DNA of 64,000 bases. Source: a virus (taxonomy: Duplodnaviria > Caudoviricetes). Within the stretch, counting starts at the first letter, position 1. The number at the start of each line of letters is the position of its first letter. A model generated the notes under the pieces. It searched no databases, was not told the origin of the DNA, and saw only the letters and a program-made list of their open reading frames with translations. Position numbers and translations under genes: made by a program. Location: IMG/VR virus record IMGVR_UViG_3300026077_000001. One strand, 5' to 3'. Shown piece by piece: positions 57,621-64,000 of this stretch.

Positions 57621-57804
57621 GGTCACTGAACTGGATGAAGAACCCAGTTACTTGATCTCCAACTGTTATAAGATTGATGATGGACAGTTCACAAAGTATC
57701 CACTCTACACAGATCAACGAGATATTTTCTTGACATCTGACGTAGTTTTGACTATAGTGGATCCATCGGAAGACACCGTGACCAATTACAAGAAGGCACT
57801 TTGA
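57568..57804 (+). CDS. Probable Sm/LSm-like fold protein (78 aa)
   Basis: LKIIVLKDHNHLMGEV...VLTIVDP...Y, paralogous to the upstream gene pattern. Confidence 0.55.
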   Translation: MNPLKIIVLKDHNHLMGEVTELDEEPSYLISNCYKIDDGQFTKYPLYTDQRDIFLTSDVVLTIVDPSEDTVTNYKKAL

Positions 57805-60275
57805 GTTCAATCTATACAAATGTGACCCTGTTAGGGGACTCCATCCTGTGCCGAGGGTATGAGGATGGAGAACCTGTATCATATAGAGAGATTATAAAAC
57901 CAACGTTGTTTGTTCCATCACCGAAAGGTAAGTGGAGGACTCTTGATGGTAAACCTATGGCACCTGTCAAACAGGATGGTGCCAAACGTGCCAGAGAATT
58001 TATAGAACAGTATAAAGGTGTAGAAGGATTTGAAGTACACGGATATGAGAGGTTTATATACCAGTGGATTAGTGAGAAGTATCCTCACGATATGCGTGCA
58101 CAGATGGATCTGATGAAGATCTATACTATTGACATCGAGGTTGAATGTGAGAATGGATTCCCTGATGTAGATGCGTGTTCTGAGAGAATGCTCCTTATTA
58201 CTATTAAGGATCTTGCTAGTGGCAAGTTTATGACTTGGGGTACTAGAGATTTTAATAGTCAGAATTATAGATCATTCTCTAATGAACAGGATATGCTTGC
58301 TGACTTCCACAGTTGGTGGGTACAGAATACTCCTGACATCATTACAGGATGGAACTGTAACCTATATGATATACCTTATATCTGTCGTAGGATCGAGAAG
58401 ATCCTAGGTGTTAAGTTTCAGAGGAGTCTATCTCCTTGGAACAAGGTAAATATGAGAGAGGTCTACATCCAAGGACGTAGGAACCTTTCATATGATATTT
58501 TAGGGGTATCAATTCTAGACTATCTTGATCTTTATAGGAAATTCACCTATACTAATCAAGAGTCCTATCGACTAGAGCATATTGCTACAGTTGAATTAGG
58601 TGAAGGTAAGTTAGATCATTCACAGTATGAGAACTTTAAAGCGTTCTATACTAATGACTGGGATAAGTTTGTAGAGTACAACATCAAAGACGTTGACCTC
58701 GTACACAGACTAGAGAAGAAGATGAAACTACTGGAACTAGCAGTGGTTATGTCTTATGATGCTAAAGTTAACTTCCAAGACGTGTATTCACAGGTGCGAG
58801 TCTGGGATACACTTATATACAATTATCTAAAGGAGCGTAAAATCTGTGTCCCGCCGAAGATCGAAGCGAAGAAAGATGACAAGTATGCTGGTGCGTATGT
58901 CAAGGAGCCAAAACCTGGTTTATATAACTGGGTTGCTAGCTTTGACCTCAACAGCCTCTACCCTCATCTTATTATGCAGTATAATATATCTCCAGAAACC
59001 CTCGTCGAGAGAAGACATCCAACCGCAACTGTTGAAGGATTGCTTAATCAACAAGTCGGGATCTCTGGAGATTATTCCGTGTGTGCCAATGGAGCACAAT
59101 ATCGCAGGGACATTCACGGCTTCCTCCCTGAAATGATGCAGAAGATCTACGATGAACGTGTGATCTTCAAGAAAAAAATGTTGGCAGCGAAGCAGAAGTA
59201 TGAGGAAACTGGTGAAACAAAACTTCAAGATGATATTTCTGCATATAATAATATACAGATGGCTCGTAAGATCCAACTGAACTCTGCCTATGGTGCTATT
59301 GGCAACCAGTATTTCAGGTACTATAACCTTGCTAACGCTGAAGCAATTACATTATCAGGTCAGGTCTCTATCAGGTGGATAGAGAACAAGGTTAACTCTT
59401 ATCTAAACAAAATTTTAAAAACTACGGAGACTGATTATGTTATTGCTTCTGATACCGATTCCATTTATCTTAACTTGGGTCCTCTGGTTAAAGCTGTATT
59501 CAAGAACGGAGAGAAGAGCGATAAGGACACTCTTAGGTTCCTTGAAAAGGTGTGTGATGTGGAACTTGAAAAGTATATACAAAATTCTTACGAAGAATTG
59601 GCAACCTATGTAAATGCATATGACCAGAAGATGTTTATGAAGCGAGAGAACATCGCTAACAAAGGCATCTGGACAGCAAAGAAGAGATACATCCTTAATG
59701 TATGGAACAGTGAGGGTGTGCAATATAAAGAACCCAAACTAAAAGTTATGGGTGTTGAGTGTGTTAAGTCCTCAACTCCAGGTTCCTGTCGTGATGCGAT
59801 TAGAGGTGCCCTGAGAGTTATTATGAATGGATCAGAAGCAGATGTACAAGAATACATTGCTAAGTTTAGAGAGAAGTTTGAATCACTTCCTCCTGAAGAT
59901 ATTGCTTTCCCTAGAGGTTGCAATAATCTATCTAAATTTAGTGGTACCTCTGGGATATATGTTAAGGGTACTCCAATCCACGTTCGTGGTGCTCTCCTAT
60001 ATAATTTCCACGTTAAGCATAAGAAACTCACACATAAGTACCCTCTTATCCAAGAAGGAGAGAAGGTCAAATTCCTCTATCTCAGGACTCCGAACCGAAT
60101 AGGGGAGAACGTGGTCTCTTTCTTCCAAACTCTTCCACGTGAATTTGACCTTGACAAATCCATAGATTACGATCTACAATTCAAGAAGAGTTTCCTTGAT
60201 CCTTTACAGGTCATCCTTGATACGATCAACTGGAAGGCAGAGAAAGTAGCATCCCTAGAAGAATTTTTCCTATGA
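57801..60275 (+). CDS. gp43: Family B DNA polymerase gp43 (TTG start)
   Basis: [37 protein letters not shown]. Confidence 0.99.
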   Translation: MSSIYTNVTLLGDSILCRGYEDGEPVSYREIIKPTLFVPSPKGKWRTLDGKPMAPVKQDGAKRAREFIEQYKGVEGFEVHGYERFIYQWISEKYPHDMRAQMDLMKIYTIDIEVECENGFPDVDACSERMLLITIKDLASGKFMTWGTRDFNSQNYRSFSNEQDMLADFHSWWVQNTPDIITGWNCNLYDIPYICRRIEKILGVKFQRSLSPWNKVNMREVYIQGRRNLSYDILGVSILDYLDLYRKFTYTNQESYRLEHIATVELGEGKLDHSQYENFKAFYTNDWDKFVEYNIKDVDLVHRLEKKMKLLELAVVMSYDAKVNFQDVYSQVRVWDTLIYNYLKERKICVPPKIEAKKDDKYAGAYVKEPKPGLYNWVASFDLNSLYPHLIMQYNISPETLVERRHPTATVEGLLNQQVGISGDYSVCANGAQYRRDIHGFLPEMMQKIYDERVIFKKKMLAAKQKYEETGETKLQDDISAYNNIQMARKIQLNSAYGAIGNQYFRYYNLANAEAITLSGQVSIRWIENKVNSYLNKILKTTETDYVIASDTDSIYLNLGPLVKAVFKNGEKSDKDTLRFLEKVCDVELEKYIQNSYEELATYVNAYDQKMFMKRENIANKGIWTAKKRYILNVWNSEGVQYKEPKLKVMGVECVKSSTPGSCRDAIRGALRVIMNGSEADVQEYIAKFREKFESLPPEDIAFPRGCNNLSKFSGTSGIYVKGTPIHVRGALLYNFHVKHKKLTHKYPLIQEGEKVKFLYLRTPNRIGENVVSFFQTLPREFDLDKSIDYDLQFKKSFLDPLQVILDTINWKAEKVASLEEFFL

Positions 60276-61285
60276 CAACATCCTTTTTAAAAGACATTAT
60301 TAAATCTATTGACAATGAGTATGCTTCAATCGCTGACGACGGACTTGCTGCTGGCGACGTATCTTCTTTTATTGATACTGGAAGTTACATTTTTAATGCT
60401 CTTGTTAGCGGTTCCATATACGGTGGTATACCTTCCAACAAAATTACTGCGTTGGCTGGTGAGTCCTCTACGGGGAAAACGTTCTTCACGATCAGTGTCA
60501 TTAAACACTTCCTCAAGACACACCCAGAAGCAGGTGTAGCATTCTTTGAATCAGAAGGTGCTATCAGTAAAGATTTACTGTCTGATCGTGGTGTGGATAC
60601 CAAACGTGTCGTTATCATACCTGTAGTAACAGTTCAACAGTTCAGACAACAAGCATTGATGGTAGCAGATAACTTATTGAAGGATAAGAATCATCCTCCT
60701 ATGTTATTTGTACTTGATTCTCTTGGTATGTTATCAACAACAAAGGAGATTGAGGATAGTGAAGCAGGTAAAGAGACTAGAGATATGACTAGAGCACAAG
60801 TTGTTAAGTCAATCTTTAGAGTTCTTACACTTAAACTATCAAAATGTAATATTCCCTTAATAGTTACCAACCATACATATGATGTTGTAGGTGCTTATAT
60901 GCCTACGAAAGAAATGGGTGGAGGTAGTGGACTCAAGTACGCTGCATCTACTATCATCTTCCTCAGCAAATCTAAAGAGAAAGATGGTAAGGAAGTGATT
61001 GGTAACATTATTAAATGTGAAACTAAGAAGAGTAGGTTCACAAAAGAGAGTGCCAAGATTGCTACTAGGTTATTCTATGATGAAAGGGGATTAGATCCCT
61101 ACTATGGACTATTAGAATTAGGAGAAAAATATGGAGTCTTTGAGCGTAAAGGAAATCGCATCGTTGTCGGTGATAGTTCTGTATATCCTTCTGCAATGCT
61201 TAAGGATCCAGAGAAATACTTTACCACCGAAGTAATGCAAGCACTAGATGAGTGTGCCAAGAAGGAGTTCGCATATGGAACTTAG
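60272..61285 (+). CDS. uvsX: RecA-like recombinase UvsX
   Basis: [35 protein letters not shown]. Confidence 0.97.
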   Translation: MTTSFLKDIIKSIDNEYASIADDGLAAGDVSSFIDTGSYIFNALVSGSIYGGIPSNKITALAGESSTGKTFFTISVIKHFLKTHPEAGVAFFESEGAISKDLLSDRGVDTKRVVIIPVVTVQQFRQQALMVADNLLKDKNHPPMLFVLDSLGMLSTTKEIEDSEAGKETRDMTRAQVVKSIFRVLTLKLSKCNIPLIVTNHTYDVVGAYMPTKEMGGGSGLKYAASTIIFLSKSKEKDGKEVIGNIIKCETKKSRFTKESAKIATRLFYDERGLDPYYGLLELGEKYGVFERKGNRIVVGDSSVYPSAMLKDPEKYFTTEVMQALDECAKKEFAYGT

Positions 61286-61847
61286 TAAGTTTGTCAAAAC
61301 TTATGATGATGCCATTCCAGTTGAAGTTTGTAAACACGCTATAAAACTATTCGATCAACAAGAAGATCTTGAAGATTGGGATAGGGAAGGGTGTCCTCAG
61401 TTTACTCAGTTTAATATCACAGAGTATCTTGACAAGAAAGAAGATCAAGAGAACCGTGGTGACTGGGATATAATTCAGTATGCTCTCATTAATTCTGCTC
61501 ACGGATTCGTGAAGCAGTATATGGATGAGAATGATTGTAGGAAGTTCTTCCCTAACAGAAGTTCATTAGAACAGTTTAGGATGAAGAAGTATCGTAAAGG
61601 TACTGATGATAGGTTTGAGAAGCACGTTGATGTTGCTGATCACCAGAGTGCTAAAAGGTTCCTGACTATGTTCTGGTATCTGAATGATGTTGAGGAAGGT
61701 GGTGAAACTAAGTTTGATGGATTGACAATCAGTCCTAAGCAAGGTAGACTTCTTATATTCCCTCCGTTGTGGTGCTTTCCACATTCAGGGGAACCAACTA
61801 TTTCTGATGACAAGTACCTAGTAGGCACCTATTCACATTATGTCTGA
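61275..61847 (+). CDS. 2OG-Fe(II) oxygenase (start revised from 61248)
   Basis: [32 protein letters not shown]. Confidence 0.88.
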   Translation: MELSKFVKTYDDAIPVEVCKHAIKLFDQQEDLEDWDREGCPQFTQFNITEYLDKKEDQENRGDWDIIQYALINSAHGFVKQYMDENDCRKFFPNRSSLEQFRMKKYRKGTDDRFEKHVDVADHQSAKRFLTMFWYLNDVEEGGETKFDGLTISPKQGRLLIFPPLWCFPHSGEPTISDDKYLVGTYSHYV

Positions 61848-63231
61848 TTCTATTGAAGGACTAGTTATTAATACTCTGGTCTTTAATAAGGAGTATACTA
61901 GACAAGTCCTACCACATTTAAAGAAAGAATATTTTGAACAGTTTAATAACAAGGTTCTCTTTGAAGAGATATCACAGTATATGGTTAAGTACGACCGACT
62001 CCCTTGTAAGGAAGCACTTACGATTGAGTTAGAGAATCGTTCTGACCTAAATGATTCACAGTATAAGGAGATAAAGGATCAGATATCCTTCCTCAATGAG
62101 GAACCACACGAGTCCCAATGGTTAGTTGATACTACAGAAAAGTGGTGTCGTGATCGTGCTATTTACATTGCTCTATTAGAATCGATTCAGATCGCTGATG
62201 GTCAGGCAGATTCTGATATGAGTAGAGATGCTATACCATCTATCTTAAGTAATGCATTAGGTGTTAGTTTCGATAATTCAGTAGGTCACGATTATTTTGA
62301 ACAGTCAGGAGACAGATTCGCTTTCTACCACAGACGTGAGGACAAAATACCTTTCGATCTGGAATTCTTCAACAAGATTACAAAGGGTGGTCTTCCTAAC
62401 AAGACTCTCAACGTTGCTCTTGCAGGTACTGGTGTGGGTAAGTCTCTCTTTATGTGCCACTGTGCTGCTAGTAACTTATCACTCGGTAAGAACGTACTCT
62501 ATATCACGATGGAGATGGCTGAAGAGAAAATTGCAGAGAGGATAGATGCAAATCTATTGAACGTAGACTGTAGGCAGTTAGAGAAACTACCTAAGATTAT
62601 GTTTGATAATAAGATAGAGAAGTTACAGCAGAAAACACAAGGTAGATTGATTGTTAAGGAGTATCCAACTGCGTCAGCACACGTAGGTCATTTCAAAGCA
62701 TTGCTTCAAGAGTTAGCTATTAAAAAGAGTTTCATTCCTGACATAATTTACATTGATTACCTAAATATTTGTGCCAGTTCCAGATATAAAGGAGCGATAG
62801 TTAACTCATACACATATGTGAAAGCAATCGCTGAAGAACTAAGAGGACTTGCTGTAGAAGCAGACCTCCCAATTATATCTGCAACACAAACTACGAGGGC
62901 AGGCTATGGAAACTCAGACGTTGATCTTACCGATACCAGTGAGTCTTTTGGACTCCCTGCTACTGCTGACTTTATGTTTGCACTTATATCCTCTGAAGAT
63001 TTGGAAGCAGAGAATAAAATTATGGTCAAGCAACTGAAGAACCGATACAATGATCCAACTGCTAACAAGAGATTTGCACTAGGCATTGACAGGAACAAGA
63101 TGAGGTTGTATGATTGTAAGGATCAGTCTGATATTGTTGATGCTAATCAGACTAAAGAACAAGTAGAAGCAGGTAATATACTTGCTATACTTCCTGAAAC
63201 TAAAACATCATTCAAAGACTTTAAAGTATGA
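61840..63231 (+). CDS. gp41: Replicative helicase gp41 (DnaB-like)
   Basis: LAGTGVGKS, ITMEMAEE, IDYLNI, SATQTTR, ESFGLPATAD, KNRY. Confidence 0.98.
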   Translation: MSDSIEGLVINTLVFNKEYTRQVLPHLKKEYFEQFNNKVLFEEISQYMVKYDRLPCKEALTIELENRSDLNDSQYKEIKDQISFLNEEPHESQWLVDTTEKWCRDRAIYIALLESIQIADGQADSDMSRDAIPSILSNALGVSFDNSVGHDYFEQSGDRFAFYHRREDKIPFDLEFFNKITKGGLPNKTLNVALAGTGVGKSLFMCHCAASNLSLGKNVLYITMEMAEEKIAERIDANLLNVDCRQLEKLPKIMFDNKIEKLQQKTQGRLIVKEYPTASAHVGHFKALLQELAIKKSFIPDIIYIDYLNICASSRYKGAIVNSYTYVKAIAEELRGLAVEADLPIISATQTTRAGYGNSDVDLTDTSESFGLPATADFMFALISSEDLEAENKIMVKQLKNRYNDPTANKRFALGIDRNKMRLYDCKDQSDIVDANQTKEQVEAGNILAILPETKTSFKDFKV

Positions 63232-63878
63232 CTGAATCTAAAGATGTAAATGAGGTTCTAAAGGATCTCAATAAGGTTGGACTGCCTGATCACGCTTCTC
63301 TGAAGGATCAGATGGACACGGATATGAAGACCAACATTGAAAAGACCAAGGTACCAACTCCTAAAGATGTTGGTAAGACTGTAAAAGGATTCGCTGAACC
63401 ACCTACTGCTAAAGCAAAGGAAGTTAAAGCACGTCAGCAGAAGAAGCACGACAAGAGAAAGAAAGGTGATAAGTTTGAGGTAGATTTAGATAACTATCTT
63501 AAGTTTGTTGATCTTGTCACCAGTGAAGAGTCTAAGAACTATGACAAATTACTTGAGAGGTATGAAGATCTCAAGACTGCAGGTTGTAACATAGCACGTT
63601 TAGATACTGCAGCATCTGGTTTGGTTGCTGAAGCAGGTGAGTTTATGGAAATCGTCAAGAAGATGAAGTTCCAAGGCAAACCATACAATGAAGCAAACAA
63701 AGAACATCTTATTATTGAGTTGGGTGATGTTATGTGGTACGCTGCTAATGCTTGTATGGCATTAGGAGTACGTATGGAAGAGGTTATCATTCGTAACACA
63801 GTCAAACTAGCAGCGAGATATCCTGATGAAGAATTTAGTGTTGAAAAATCTGAAAACCGTGCTGATGGAGACCTTTAA
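63228..63878 (+). CDS. mazG: MazG-like nucleotide pyrophosphohydrolase with ~80-aa N-terminal extension
   Basis: TAASGLVAEAGEFMEIVKK, IELGDVMWY, KLAARYP. Confidence 0.9.
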   Translation: MTESKDVNEVLKDLNKVGLPDHASLKDQMDTDMKTNIEKTKVPTPKDVGKTVKGFAEPPTAKAKEVKARQQKKHDKRKKGDKFEVDLDNYLKFVDLVTSEESKNYDKLLERYEDLKTAGCNIARLDTAASGLVAEAGEFMEIVKKMKFQGKPYNEANKEHLIIELGDVMWYAANACMALGVRMEEVIIRNTVKLAARYPDEEFSVEKSENRADGDL

Positions 63879-63879
63879 A

Positions 63880-64000
63880 ATGGAACAACTTGATCTTGAT
63901 AGAATTGCAACTGCACTTGAAAGAATTGCAGAGAAGCTAGACCATCTTCATATAGATGCTATAGATCACAATCACGTTGAAGGTGATGTTAACACACACG
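63880..64000 (+). CDS. Hypothetical protein, truncated by the window end
   Basis: MEQLDLDRIATALERIAEKLDHLHIDAIDHNHVEGDVNTH... open to the end of the window. SD ggag upstream. Confidence 0.6.
   Translation, partial: MEQLDLDRIATALERIAEKLDHLHIDAIDHNHVEGDVNTH

Noticed and set aside
21866-63231. Introns, inteins or homing endonucleases in gp17, gp20, uvsW, gp43, uvsX or gp41
   Set aside because: All reading frames are continuous and of normal length. No GIY-YIG, HNH or LAGLIDADG ORF or intein motifs were seen.
1-64000. tRNA, rRNA, CRISPR arrays, IS elements, integrase
   Set aside because: Intergenic gaps are short and explained by promoters and terminators. No cloverleaf, repeat-spacer or transposase signatures were found by eye.

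Overview
This window is a 64 kb, AT-rich segment from the conserved core of a T4-like marine cyanomyovirus (Kyanoviridae-like; a Prochlorococcus/Synechococcus host is inferred from gene content and order). Gene order is: end of baseplate gp8; a 2404-aa DUF4815/VrlC-like structural protein; a 2113-aa repeat-rich tail fibre; neck and packaging genes gp13-gp17, with a microprotein-rich insert between gp16 and gp17; gp18-gp23, gp3, uvsY, uvsW, gp55, gp47 and gp46; an early-type vWA-peptidase/CobS-like AAA pair; gp45, gp44, dam, gp62, regA; a membrane/exported-protein island containing purM; hsp20, gp43, uvsX, gp41 and mazG. Six 2OG-Fe(II) oxygenases are interspersed. I saw no tRNA, rRNA, CRISPR array, integrase, intron or intein. 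The most notable observations are: (1) apparent complete absence of CATG, CCGG and GCGC while GATC, GGCC, GTAC, AGCT and TGCA occur; (2) a late-promoter operon of three signal-peptide proteins, one with a TolC-like strand-plus-helix signature, converging on a membrane-protein operon; (3) a ROSE-like thermometer motif before hsp20; (4) two copies of a 24-bp promoter element with identical spacing and an embedded hairpin; (5) several microproteins missed by the ORF track, including a C2HC zinc finger. All annotation is by eye, without database searches.
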